IMG/VR virus record: IMGVR_UViG_3300028833_000087
Coordinates: 32,001 to 96,000 of that record
Origin: a virus
Lineage: Duplodnaviria > Caudoviricetes
Direction: 5' to 3' (one strand)
DNA length: 64,000 nucleotides
Shown here: piece after piece, positions 31,901 to 41,518 of the stretch
How the letters are laid out: every line of letters begins with the position of its first letter
Numbering within the stretch: position 1 is the stretch's first letter
Translations under genes and position numbers: made by a program
The notes under the pieces: generated by a model
The model's input: only the letters and a program-made list of their open reading frames with translations
The model's database searches: none
What the model was told of the DNA's origin: nothing

Positions 31901-33718
31901 TAATATCTCATCTATAGTTTTACCTTTAATAGTTTTATTATTTAATTCTTCATCAAGTTTATTTAATCTTGTTGATCTACCAGCAGTCAAATCGATATTA
32001 CTATCATCATTATTTTCAGCATCAAGATCCATAAGCATCTGCTTTAATTCTTCATCATTTTCCATATCATCCATTGCTTGATCTTCGGATGATACATCAT
32101 CTTGATATACTGCAGTAGCTATTTTATCTGCTATATGCTGTTTAGTAACATCGTTTTGCTTTATTTTACTGAATTTAGGATTCTGAGTAAGAGCAGTTTT
32201 AGAATAATTCTTCTTTTCTGCATTTTCCTCTTTCTCTATATTTTCAACTTTCTTATTAGTATTTTTATTATCTGCTTTATAATATTTCTTAGCAGTTTGA
32301 ATATTTTTATTAATTAACGCTTTATTAGCTATAACAGCTTTTGTAGCAATATTAAGTTCAGGAGTAATATCTACACCTTTAGCAAGTTCAATTTTATCTA
32401 CAATATTGGCTTTAATTGCCTCTTTAGAATCAATATTTTCAGCGCTTGTATCAATATCTTCTTCGTCAAAAGGCTCATTTTTGATCATCTTAGTAATAAA
32501 TGTTTTATATTTAATACATAATCTTTTAAGAGGAATTCCTTCTGATTTAATATCTTTGAAATTCATCTTAAAATAATTACTATCAGATACAAATACAATA
32601 TCTGTATCACCAAAAGTAGAATATAATGTATTGTCTTCTCCATTAAACATTAACCAATAGATTAATGATATTGGATTTACATCTTTCTTATAATTCCAGA
32701 AATCTGCAATATGCTTCTTATTCCAATCTAATACTGGAATAAAAATAGTTTTCTTCTTGTAACCAGCAGCTTTCACATTAGGATTATTAATTAATCTATT
32801 CATAAATGATAAGAATAAATTTAATCCTTTATATAAACTCCAGTTATTATTCTGGCAGAATATATTAATATAATAAGAAAGATCTACAAACAGATTTCTA
32901 TTAGCATATCTTTTAATTTCAGGGAAAGTATATTTAATCCAAGGATTATCTTTCTTAGCCTGATCATATAAAAGAATAACTTCTTTACGCTTTTTCATTC
33001 TATTAGCATAAAGAATTTGTTTTAATTTTGTATCTTCTTTCTTACCTTCTAATATAGTATCTACATCTTCTCCAATAAACATCATTTTATCGCAAAGATT
33101 GATACCACCTATATATCTACCATTTGAATCAAAGTATTCTTGAATTTCTTTTACTGAAATTATACTTTCATCATTAAGACTTTCATTCACAGGATGATAA
33201 TAATTACTAAATCTATTATTCTTTCCTACAGTAGGATGCATATTAAATTTCTTTATAGCTTTAATAATATTTTTTGCTAATTCTTCTTCATGCTCTTTAT
33301 CTACATAATTAAAAAACTTAATAGCAGATTTTACATGAGCTTCTGTATCAAGAGGATATTTCCTTTGAGAAGGAATACCAAAAGCAGAATCAGGCAATTT
33401 ATTTCTTTCAGCTGCAGACATCTCTGTTATAGACTGATAAGATTCAAATTCAGCAGATTCTTTTATATTTTCATCTTCTTCCTCTACCTCTTCTCCAACT
33501 TTACCGGAAATTAAGAATGTAACTCCTTTATCAATATAATATGATTCGTATCTTAATTTATTGATAAAAAGTTTATGATTCATTAATCTATTAGAAGAAC
33601 TATAATTTGGAGTAAGAAGATACAAAGCAGAGTATTTCTTTTTACTATCTTCTATAGTAGGCAAAAAAGTTTTTGTCCTATAGATTTTTAAATTTTTCAT
33701 ATTATCTATGAGAATCAT
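28904..33718 (-). CDS. phage multisubunit RNA polymerase beta subunit, N-terminal part (likely virion RNAP)
   Basis: Beta-like motifs TPF..HDSPMRVGM..Q..H (cf. DDANRALMG.NMQRQ), NFEDSGVI, GDK.....NKGV; the protein stops before the C-terminal GQRFGEME region, as in split phiKZ-type beta. Confidence 0.88.
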   Translation of the reverse strand: MILIDNMKNLKIYRTKTFLPTIEDSKKKYSALYLLTPNYSSSNRLMNHKLFINKLRYESYYIDKGVTFLISGKVGEEVEEEDENIKESAEFESYQSITEMSAAERNKLPDSAFGIPSQRKYPLDTEAHVKSAIKFFNYVDKEHEEELAKNIIKAIKKFNMHPTVGKNNRFSNYYHPVNESLNDESIISVKEIQEYFDSNGRYIGGINLCDKMMFIGEDVDTILEGKKEDTKLKQILYANRMKKRKEVILLYDQAKKDNPWIKYTFPEIKRYANRNLFVDLSYYINIFCQNNNWSLYKGLNLFLSFMNRLINNPNVKAAGYKKKTIFIPVLDWNKKHIADFWNYKKDVNPISLIYWLMFNGEDNTLYSTFGDTDIVFVSDSNYFKMNFKDIKSEGIPLKRLCIKYKTFITKMIKNEPFDEEDIDTSAENIDSKEAIKANIVDKIELAKGVDITPELNIATKAVIANKALINKNIQTAKKYYKADNKNTNKKVENIEKEENAEKKNYSKTALTQNPKFSKIKQNDVTKQHIADKIATAVYQDDVSSEDQAMDDMENDEELKQMLMDLDAENNDDSNIDLTAGRSTRLNKLDEELNNKTIKGKTIDEILKQETVDTKATTIDIPVSGPNADLWKDMKYPEFDKHYNIDKDIINIFKHFTKTSIPIGIRNISVEDATNSEDRIETYTVEMEDFRGKRFTIKLDIPIMVDNRFLLRGNYYSLQNQFFNMPILKTEVNAAQIISNYNKIFVYNRPRGANKIQTGRSMANVSRFLKAADKYQGRNIKFMVGNTIKVSNKYNLPIDYIDIGSVYDRIESKSLTLYFNQDDIRAKYKIDDTKGIPFAHDKEEDRIIYMANDARESFIHYLLVLLEEKHDWKDFLDLLRSQSASKSCTYSRCSIMSSLIPTIVICGLHEGLRSTLEKGKIEYQIVDKITSADRANLNYDWIKFKDGFVVFNANDYDASLLLNGLKACDTESHSITEVDSRNLYLEFLDQFASRMKADGLDNFKDLLIDPITEEILQKYKMPTDYVSVLLYANSLLCDNKFIKHTDTSSRRLRRYELVAAYTYKVMADAYAAYANAIRHQRNAPGITIKQTAVIDKFLTDSVSATDSCINALNEIDATNAVTFKGPSGMNSDRAYSLDKRGYDETMLNVLGMSTGFAGNAGVTRQLTMNANVDPERGFVKASDGSTDKMNTTNSLTVTEGITPFVSTHDSPMRVGMTFIQTCKHQVRTEESDPLLVTNGTDEAMPYMTSNRFAYKSKQDGEVVEYVENKYILVQYKDGTKDYIDLQENIQHNSDGGYFVPLKLDADEKIKVGMKFKANQVLAYDKLSFSNSLGESDNLAFNVGKLAKVAIINSDENFEDSGVITEEMAKALATRIDLQYKAVLDKEVNIVNYLKVGNHVECGDVLMSWQVPFKDEDADSLMRTLSKDEVSELGKKKLISEVTGTITAIKIFRTIDIDEMTPSMAKMVNEYEKPIKARAKIYKDNGINANELPAHYKLPPTGKMKRAQDAILVEYYVEYYDTLGIGDKIVYFAANKGVEKNLIPLGKEPYTAFRPNEHVSAFVGNTSIDKRIVTSIPLIGSINKLMIELDRSVKDIMGIPYDDSKV

Positions 33719-33965
33719 ATTTAAATCCTCCTTATATCAAATTATAGTGATGTGAAAGCGCAGTAAATATTATAAAAGAAAAAAGTTCCCGGAGACTTTC
33801 GTCTCCGGGAATGGCATACGTAATGAATCTGTGGACCTATCATTTAATAGGTTTACTTTATAGTTACTAATTTTATAAATAATTATATAATATAATATTG
33901 AAAGGAGGTTAAATCATTTAAAAGTCACATAAACAAAAATAAAATAAAAAAGAGAGGAAACCAAA

Positions 33966-34823
33966 ATGGAAAATCAAGTCGTAAATTTAACAATGGACGG
34001 AAAAACAATAGGAATAGGTATATATTCCTTGGTTGAAGACAAACAACTCACAAACAAACAGGGAGATATTCTTATTTTTAGAAATATTTCCCAGGCAAAA
34101 ATGTATGTTGAAAATGCAAAAGGATATACAAATCATTTTGATTATGACTTTAATATTATCATTAATGATAGTATTATAGATTATTCAGACTTTGATTTTG
34201 TAAATGGCGCATATCAATTATACGGTAAAGATGAAAATACCAATGGTAATTTCATCTACAATGTATATCCTGTGGAAAAATTTGCTGTTACCAGGCTTGG
34301 ATATATTGTGTTTAATGACAATGCCAGAATTATTGGTGATAATGAAGCCGGCAAAAAGATCTGCAAACAGAATTTTGATGATCTTAAAGAAGCAGTAAAT
34401 AAGGTAGTGAAATATCCGAATAAGAAAAACGCGCTTCAGAGTGTCAAAAGAACTTATGATACTCTGAATATTAAAGTTAAAAGAACTTCCGGGTCTATCA
34501 ATGTATTATATAATTCTCAGATTATGAATATTAATCAGAATCGAAAGAATTTACAGCTTAGATCTTTCCAGTTCAACAAGGAAATGGATAAGTATAATAC
34601 ATTGTATTTCTTCATTCAGAAGGAATTTTATGAACCGGACTTCTTCGGCACAACGCAGACATGTGTAGAAGCATTTGATGATATTATCAAAGAGCTTCAA
34701 AAGAAAAGACCAGATGTCAGATTGGAATATCTTGATATAAGAGTTCCGATCGAAATCGGTAATGATCTGGTTGAAAAATATAGTAGAAGGGAGAAGAAAT
34801 ATGATCAGAGTAATAAATCTTGA
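33966..34823 (+). CDS. hypothetical protein
   Basis: 285-aa ORF downstream of early-type promoter motif. Confidence 0.7.
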   Translation: MENQVVNLTMDGKTIGIGIYSLVEDKQLTNKQGDILIFRNISQAKMYVENAKGYTNHFDYDFNIIINDSIIDYSDFDFVNGAYQLYGKDENTNGNFIYNVYPVEKFAVTRLGYIVFNDNARIIGDNEAGKKICKQNFDDLKEAVNKVVKYPNKKNALQSVKRTYDTLNIKVKRTSGSINVLYNSQIMNINQNRKNLQLRSFQFNKEMDKYNTLYFFIQKEFYEPDFFGTTQTCVEAFDDIIKELQKKRPDVRLEYLDIRVPIEIGNDLVEKYSRREKKYDQSNKS

Positions 34824-35565
34824 TCCCAACAGTGATAATTATATTATGAACGAAGAGGGAGAAAGAATTCGCCATCTCGATGATACTACGCTCTCCCGGA
34901 TAGTTTATATCAATGGTCATGGATCATCTGAGATTACATGGCAGTCTGAATTAAAGAAGCAATTCTGTGGTATGTATTATACAGAAAAGCTTTATGACGA
35001 TGATAACGCTGTGTACTATTTCGATGATGGTTATTACAACAAGATGTACAATTCCGGATATATCGTGTTGAATAACTATGACGGTATGAAGGCATCGAAG
35101 GAACTCGGAGAAAGTATTTCCAAAAAACTCTTTTTCAAGATTCATGAAACTTTCGAAATGCTTCAACATGAAAGTATCGAAAGAATCGATGAGAAAGAAA
35201 AAGATCCTGTGCTCATTGTGAAGATCAATAGTTTTCCGTATGAGTATACAATCAGATGTCGTAGTACAACTTCTTTGTCTGAAGCAAATCAGATGAGAAA
35301 GATCAATAATCTTCCATTTTATCCGTTTGATGTAAGAATGGATAAATATGGTACATATTACATTGCATGCTATGCTAAGCTGCAGAACGATGTGATTCTT
35401 GATGATCTGGATAGAGAAAGTATAACTCCTCCTGATAAATACATCATGAATCTACTTATGAATTTCACACAAAAGATAAATAACGAGAGTAAGAGTGATA
35501 TCTATCATTATGAACCGGTAAAGGCAAAGAAGCCGGTGATCTATTCCGAGAGGAATGACATTTAA
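34801..35565 (+). CDS. hypothetical protein
   Basis: Start moved to ATG 34801; shares an MDKY.T.Y motif with the previous ORF. Confidence 0.65.
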   Translation: MIRVINLDPNSDNYIMNEEGERIRHLDDTTLSRIVYINGHGSSEITWQSELKKQFCGMYYTEKLYDDDNAVYYFDDGYYNKMYNSGYIVLNNYDGMKASKELGESISKKLFFKIHETFEMLQHESIERIDEKEKDPVLIVKINSFPYEYTIRCRSTTSLSEANQMRKINNLPFYPFDVRMDKYGTYYIACYAKLQNDVILDDLDRESITPPDKYIMNLLMNFTQKINNESKSDIYHYEPVKAKKPVIYSERNDI

Positions 35566-35630
35566 TGTTAACCCGCTGTGAAAAACAGCGGGTTTTCTTT
35601 TTTGACATATACGTAAAGGAGGTGATGCCA

Positions 35631-36089
35631 ATGGAACTTAAAGACTATGGAGAATCCAGTAAGTTCTACAAGGATGAGTATAAAGAATATAAGAAAGAAC
35701 TTGAAAAAGTTGAAAAGAACAAAACTGCATTCATGTGGATCACTGAATTTTCGAAAAAAGTAGTCGTGGTAATTTTTGTAGCATATATACTTATGGCTAT
35801 TTTCTCTTGTGTTATGGTATTTCTGTCAATGCGAATTACAGGTATGGTATCAGGATTAGAAACCTTGATTACTGAAATGAATACTACATTTAGAGATATC
35901 GTTGGTGGATATCTTGTAAAAGCAGGTGTAGAGAATGCTGTAAAGATCGGTGGAAATTACTATGTAGGTGTAGCAGATGCTAGACTTCGAGAACTCAGAG
36001 AAAGATTAAATCTTAAAGGAAAAGACACATTTGAAACAGATGACTGTTCTGATGGAGCTTCCTTTGAGAACTTTGATGAAGAATCATAA
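35631..36089 (+). CDS. membrane protein
   Basis: Hydrophobic segment VVVVIFVAYILMAIFSCVMVFL; AAGGAGGTG RBS. Confidence 0.7.
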   Translation: MELKDYGESSKFYKDEYKEYKKELEKVEKNKTAFMWITEFSKKVVVVIFVAYILMAIFSCVMVFLSMRITGMVSGLETLITEMNTTFRDIVGGYLVKAGVENAVKIGGNYYVGVADARLRELRERLNLKGKDTFETDDCSDGASFENFDEES

Positions 36090-36167
36090 AATAAGTCCCT
36101 AGGGAGAAAATCCCTAGGGATATTTATTTCTGTCAGCATTAAAAAATTCGATTATATATTATAATTG

Positions 36168-36668
36168 TGATAGGTGGATAGTCATACGGATCCACATTAA
36201 CTATCCATGCAGCCGAAGCAACAAGTTTCGGAACACAGTCGTATCTGGCTACGCAAGCGACGATAAATAAATCAAGTGTAGAAGATGACTCGTCGAACCA
36301 TATCGCGAGTATAAAAATACATGGTTAAGAATGGCTTCTAACTTGTAAAAGAAGAATGCAATTTATATTGCATGACTTAGAGCCCGAGCAAAGCTCGTTA
36401 AACAATACTCGTAACAGGGTCCTGAATGCGAGTATAAATAATATTTGGGTTGTAGCAAGGCTTGAGCTAGCGTAAAAACCAGAGAGCTACACGCTGCTGT
36501 AGTAGACCATCGCGTGTATAAATAAATAGAGTGGTCGAAGCCTTTGATTCCGCATGGAGCCCTGGGTCAAAGGAAAGCCAAGGAGAAAAAAGGGCTCCGT
36601 TTTAACAACAGGGCAAAAGAACAACGGGCTAGTGTAATACTAGCCCGCCCGTAATGGGTTTTATTTTT
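36168..36668 (+). ncRNA. large structured ncRNA composed of tandem H-type pseudoknots
   Basis: ORF-free, GC-elevated; TATATTATA at 36155-36163; at least 5 pseudoknots with A-rich linkers; hairpins and T run at 36625-36668. Confidence 0.7.
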
Positions 36669-37111
36669 TATAAGTATTTATAAGGTTCTTCACTTCTACC
36701 ATCTTTAGTTTCTACAACGATTATACTTCCATCAAAAAAGCTATAAATCTTAGGATCTAATAAACTGAATCTTGATACATATTTTCTTTTTTCATAATTA
36801 TCCTGAGGGAATCTTAACACCTCAGCATAATTATCACACAGTATAACTTGATGCATATTCTCATAATCTATATCTTGAGATTTTAATTTAAATATATCAT
36901 AGTATTTATTATTATAAGAATAATGAGTATCAATATATGCTTTAGTAGTTATAGGTAATAATTTATAAGTACCATTAAAATTATTAACTGAATTAATTTC
37001 ATTTGCAATTATAAGCATTTTCTCATCTAAAGTTCTATATTTATAAAAATTATCCCAATCATTTATAATTTTTATAAGTTCTATTTCAGTATCATTATTT
37101 ATACAAATCAT
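36668..37111 (-). CDS. hypothetical protein
   Basis: 147-aa ORF with GAGGAGG RBS. Confidence 0.65.
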   Translation of the reverse strand: MICINNDTEIELIKIINDWDNFYKYRTLDEKMLIIANEINSVNNFNGTYKLLPITTKAYIDTHYSYNNKYYDIFKLKSQDIDYENMHQVILCDNYAEVLRFPQDNYEKRKYVSRFSLLDPKIYSFFDGSIIVVETKDGRSEEPYKYL

Positions 37112-37378
37112 CTAAGATACCTCCTCTTTTTATTAAGAATGTAAAGCTGTATATTTATAGTTATATATTATAAATATGGAACATATAGTGATTCACCAAA
37201 ATACTACGCTTACCTCGTAGTCATAACGGGTACGATGCACCCGAAGCATCCCCACAGCAAACCTAAGCTAATGGTAAAAATTCTGGCACAGGTATTGGAT
37301 TCGGCCTGGTTAAATAATAGAATTGTAGGGATAGGTAAGATCCCACTTCCTAATTATATTAGGAGAAAGGAGGTCGTT

Positions 37379-38398
37379 ATGATAACCTCTACAAATTTTG
37401 GTACCGAAAACTTTGCAAAGTCCGCATCAGAAGTATTGCGGAGCGCTAAATCTGTTGTGTTGTATGTCCACGACGGATTGTTTCATGCTGATGATGTACT
37501 GTGTGCTGTTCTGTTCGAGGCACATTATAAAAATATCGACAGAAAGGTTATTCGCCGTCGAATGACAATTGATGATATCGAGGAGTTAAAATCACTCGAC
37601 GATGGCATCACCCGTATTGTCTGTGATACAGGGTGTCAGGATTTAGTCACAGACAACTTGTTAGTGCTTGATCATCATTCGGATAACAAGTTAACTTACA
37701 TGAATGGTGTACAGTATGCAGCTGTAGGAAAGTTTGCTAGCTGCTTACGCTGGGCATTTCCTGATTCCAAGATTGCATCATCAGGCCTGTATAATTTTCA
37801 GAAGACAGTGCTCTGGCCAGTTGAAGTTCAGGACAATGGTCAGAAAGCTGAGGATCTGAACATCCAACTGTATCCTAATTTATTTAGCTGGATTAGTGTT
37901 TTCAACTGCTCATGGAATGAAGATTGGACCGAGTCTAGTGACAGATTCTTTGAAGCAGTTGAGCTGGCGACTAAAATCCTTGATCGCCAGTTTACAAGAT
38001 TGGAAGGTCTGGTCGAAGCTTGGGAAATAGTAGAGAATGAAATTGAATCTCTGAATCCTTCCGAGATACTTGTTCTTGGCAAGTATGTTCCTTGGCAGGA
38101 GCCGGTAATTGGATATAATCAGCTACATTGTAACCAGATTAAGCTGATTATATTTAAGTCCACCGGAGATCAGTGGAACTGCCAGTGCGTCCCTGTAGCA
38201 CTTGGTAGTTTTGATACGATAATTAAAGCACCGGAAGAATGGGGAGGTAAGACAGGAGTTGAGCTTGAAGTCCTGTCTGGTATAGAAGGAGCAGTATTCT
38301 GTCACCGTGGACTTTGGCTCACTGTATGGAAAACAAAAGACGCTGCTCTTAAAGCTGCAGAATTAATTCTGGATAAAAATTCTACAGAAAGCGAATGA
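37379..38398 (+). CDS. MYG1/UPF0160-family DHH exonuclease
   Basis: HDGLFHADD, LDHH, APEEWGG..G.EL...SGI.GA.FCH; start after AAAGGAGG. Confidence 0.88.
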   Translation: MITSTNFGTENFAKSASEVLRSAKSVVLYVHDGLFHADDVLCAVLFEAHYKNIDRKVIRRRMTIDDIEELKSLDDGITRIVCDTGCQDLVTDNLLVLDHHSDNKLTYMNGVQYAAVGKFASCLRWAFPDSKIASSGLYNFQKTVLWPVEVQDNGQKAEDLNIQLYPNLFSWISVFNCSWNEDWTESSDRFFEAVELATKILDRQFTRLEGLVEAWEIVENEIESLNPSEILVLGKYVPWQEPVIGYNQLHCNQIKLIIFKSTGDQWNCQCVPVALGSFDTIIKAPEEWGGKTGVELEVLSGIEGAVFCHRGLWLTVWKTKDAALKAAELILDKNSTESE

Positions 38399-38530
38399 AA
38401 GCCGCAGTGAAAGGTTAAAATCTGTTATATTAAATAAACATCTAGGCTCATTTGCCTGGGTGTTTATTTTTAAGCAAAATCACACATATATAATCTATTA
38501 ACTTTATTTTTTATTGTAAAGGAGGCTATA

Positions 38531-39241
38531 ATGATAACAGTAGGTAGATTTATTATATTAAGTGCAATAGTATTTTCTTTATTATGTCTTGTTATTCTGT
38601 ATTTTATTTATAAATCAGAATCACCAACACAAAAAGAACATTCTAAAGCAAAAGAATTTTTATCTAAATTTAATGATATTATATATCAAAAATTAGTAGA
38701 AGCTGCAAAGAAATATAATATAGATGAAAAATTTGATGATTATTTTGCTTTTGAAGATTCAATATTAGAATCTGGATTTATTTTATCTTGGAACTATATA
38801 AAGGATAAAGTAAATGAAGATACAGAATTAACTAAAAAGATTAAATATAAATTATTTAGCACAAGTGATTTTACAATAGACTATATAAGATCAAATATAG
38901 TAGTTAAATCTGATATAAGAAAAATAATTAATAATATTTGGCTTGAGAAGTTTGAAAGGCGTATCGAGGAATTAGAAGAGGAAGAAGATATTTCTTATGG
39001 TATAGATGAAGAAGGAAACAAAGTACCATTAGTTGGAGATGATTATATCGAAGATGTAGATATGGAAGATATAGAAATAGAATCATCTGAAGACTTTGAT
39101 TCTGGTATAGAACCTATGCTTCAACAAAAGATTATTCCTCCTTCTGAAGCTGAATATGTTACAGAAGTAGATGAAAATGATGAGATTATAATTGATAATA
39201 ATGGTAGAAAACGTAATAAGAAAAATGGTAGATTTGTATAA
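38531..39241 (+). CDS. membrane-anchored protein with acidic C terminus
   Basis: N-terminal TM helix; D/E-rich tail. Confidence 0.7.
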   Translation: MITVGRFIILSAIVFSLLCLVILYFIYKSESPTQKEHSKAKEFLSKFNDIIYQKLVEAAKKYNIDEKFDDYFAFEDSILESGFILSWNYIKDKVNEDTELTKKIKYKLFSTSDFTIDYIRSNIVVKSDIRKIINNIWLEKFERRIEELEEEEDISYGIDEEGNKVPLVGDDYIEDVDMEDIEIESSEDFDSGIEPMLQQKIIPPSEAEYVTEVDENDEIIIDNNGRKRNKKNGRFV

Positions 39242-39255
39242 GGAGGATAAATAAT

Positions 39256-39441
39256 ATGGAATTAAGAATAAATGGTAAAATAGTTAGTGATAATAATTCT
39301 TTATTACTTACACAATACAAATCAACTGAACCTTTTATAGCTCAGTCTGATGCTATATATAGAAAGAATCAGGAAGAATATAGAAAGAAGTTAATAGAAG
39401 AAATAAATAGAAGAAGTGCTGAAGGAAGTTATGATGTTTAA
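39256..39441 (+). CDS. hypothetical protein
   Basis: 61 aa with AGGAGG RBS. Confidence 0.55.
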   Translation: MELRINGKIVSDNNSLLLTQYKSTEPFIAQSDAIYRKNQEEYRKKLIEEINRRSAEGSYDV

Positions 39442-39488
39442 AAATAAAATACTCCTAGGCTATATAGCCTAGGAGTAAATTTTTCTTT

Positions 39489-39791
39489 TTACTTCAGAGA
39501 CTCTTTGAAAGCCTTAGCCGGCTTAAACTTAGCAACCTTCTTAGCAGCGATCTTAATGGTCTCACCAGTGATCGGATTTCGCCCTTCACGAGCAGAACGC
39601 TTTACAGCTTCGAAAGAACCAAATCCAGCAATCTGAATCTTATCACCCTTAGCTACAGTCTTTTTGATTACATCAGCTGTAGTGGTGATTACATCAGATA
39701 CAGTTGCCTCTGTAAGAGTGTTCTTTCCTGCTTTCTTGTACTCGGTGTTAACCTTTGCCTGTACTGTCTTTGTGAGTTCTTTTTGAGTCAT
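39489..39791 (-). CDS. hup: HU-family DNA-binding protein
   Basis: GDKIQIAGFGSFE...R.AREGRNP.TGE.I.I.A.K..KFKPAK. Confidence 0.93.
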   Translation of the reverse strand: MTQKELTKTVQAKVNTEYKKAGKNTLTEATVSDVITTTADVIKKTVAKGDKIQIAGFGSFEAVKRSAREGRNPITGETIKIAAKKVAKFKPAKAFKESLK

Positions 39792-39933
39792 CTCTCGTTC
39801 CTCCTTGTGTTTTAAAATGTTTATTGGTTAATATTAGCATCATTGCTATATATTAATATGTAGTTATATTGTTAGAATTTAATAAAATATATTTTCATTA
39901 TATATTATAGATATGACACAATAGTAAATTTAT

Positions 39934-40257
39934 TTGGAGGATTATATAATGGACAAAATGAGTGATTATGGCGCAACTTATTATCGAAAGAAAATTTCAG
40001 ATAAAATTGATTGTAAATTGCTTACAATACCAGAAACATATTGTTTTGACAAATTTGGTCAATATGGACAAGAATCAAATGAATTTTATAAATATACGAA
40101 CAGAAATGAGATAGATGAAGAAAATGAAGAATTTGAAAAATATTCAAAGATAAGAAATTATGTAATGTGCGATAGTGTATCAGAATTTTCAGAAGTTAAT
40201 TATAGAAATATATCTTCTGATCATAATTGGTGTGGACAATTATCAGATTATAAATAA
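39934..40257 (+). CDS. small KISD-motif protein
   Basis: KMSDY, KKISD, QLSDY; likely start ATG 39949. Confidence 0.6.
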   Translation: MEDYIMDKMSDYGATYYRKKISDKIDCKLLTIPETYCFDKFGQYGQESNEFYKYTNRNEIDEENEEFEKYSKIRNYVMCDSVSEFSEVNYRNISSDHNWCGQLSDYK

Positions 40258-40567
40258 AGGAGGTTAAGTTTATGGTTATCGAAGATCCTGAAATTATGAA
40301 CTACATTGAGCATGTAGAACAAATTTATTTTATCACTGGAATGTTTTGTGGTATAACAGTAGCAGCTTTAATAATTTTTACAATAATAACTGTATACATT
40401 ACAAAAAAGATGGACGTTAAGGAGGATAAATAATATGGAAAAATCTATTGAAGAATCAAATAAATTATTAAGAATTATTATAATTCTTGAAATTGGCGGT
40501 TTAATTATAAACGCAATATCTACAACAGCTTTAATGATTTTAATTGGAGAATAAGGAGGATTTATTT

Positions 40568-41041
40568 ATGAAAGAAATCAATATTACAGTATATGAAACT
40601 GAAGATGGTAAGAGATTTTATGATAAAGAAAAAGCTGAAGAATACGAGAAAAAATTTAATGAATCTACTGCTTTGTCTGAAGCTTTAAATAAATTTCGTA
40701 TAAAAGAAAAAGGACCTCAATATCTTCCTAATGATACACCTTCGTTGATGCCAAAAGATTATGATTGGTTTTATGTAGAAAGTGAAGAAGAATATGATGA
40801 ATTGAATAAATTATTATATAAGATGTATAATGGAAGATTTCATCAGCAGTTCAGTAGTAGTAAACGAGATATGTTAAAATTTCCGACTTATATTTATTTG
40901 TCTCATACTTTTAATAATTTCGGTGCTTTAAGTATATTAGAAGAAGAGCATAATAGATATGAAAATAACTGGAAATATTTTTTTAGTTTCTTTAACAATT
41001 TAGATGAAAAAAGAGATCACGGTGTATTGGAGGAAGAATAA
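40568..41041 (+). CDS. hypothetical protein (paralog of 41714-42202)
   Basis: Y.T.DGK.F....AEE and WFYV.SEEE motifs shared. Confidence 0.7.
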   Translation: MKEINITVYETEDGKRFYDKEKAEEYEKKFNESTALSEALNKFRIKEKGPQYLPNDTPSLMPKDYDWFYVESEEEYDELNKLLYKMYNGRFHQQFSSSKRDMLKFPTYIYLSHTFNNFGALSILEEEHNRYENNWKYFFSFFNNLDEKRDHGVLEEE

Positions 41042-41247
41042 TGATTCATGAAACGATAGGAGATAGATTAAAATATCAATTAAAATTACGCAAAATGTCT
41101 CAAAGAGAATTTGCAAATAAAATAGGAATTAATGAAGTTACGTTGGGAAGATATATAAATGATAAAAGAATTCCGAATGCTGATGTAATTATATCAATAT
41201 GTAGAACTTTATGTATATCGAGCGATTGGCTTTTAGGATTAATGTAA
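41041..41247 (+). CDS. XRE-family helix-turn-helix regulator
   Basis: IGDRLK...MSQREFA.KIGI....L..Y....R.P...I..IC..L.IS.DWLLG. Confidence 0.9.
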   Translation: MIHETIGDRLKYQLKLRKMSQREFANKIGINEVTLGRYINDKRIPNADVIISICRTLCISSDWLLGLM

Positions 41248-41260
41248 AGGAGATAGAATA

Positions 41261-41518
41261 ATGTCAGATGGTGATTTTATTGGTATATGTATCGGAATGG
41301 TAATATTGGGAATGATAATAGCAGATTTAATACGAGTAATAAGAGATTGGAATAATGATAATTCGGAATGGATAATACTTCCTGACGAAAATAATGATGA
41401 TATTATAAAATCATATACATATATTTGCAGTAAATGTCATATGGTAATTAAAGATAAAAATTATAAGCATTGCCCAGGATGCGGACGATTTATGACTAAT
41501 TATAAGGAGGAAAAATAA
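41261..41518 (+). CDS. TM helix plus zinc-ribbon protein
   Basis: N-terminal hydrophobic helix; CSKC...CPGCG. Confidence 0.65.
   Translation: MSDGDFIGICIGMVILGMIIADLIRVIRDWNNDNSEWIILPDENNDDIIKSYTYICSKCHMVIKDKNYKHCPGCGRFMTNYKEEK

Noticed and set aside
36168-36668. tmRNA or RNase P RNA
   Set aside because: Multiple pseudoknots are present, but I found no tRNA-like acceptor/T-arm ends, no CCA, no tag ORF and no RNase P P4 consensus
37235-37378. N-terminal extension of the MYG1-like ORF (likewise 25926-25988 and 13444-13515)
   Set aside because: Strong RBS-linked downstream ATGs exist, and the extensions run through structured leader, terminator or promoter sequence
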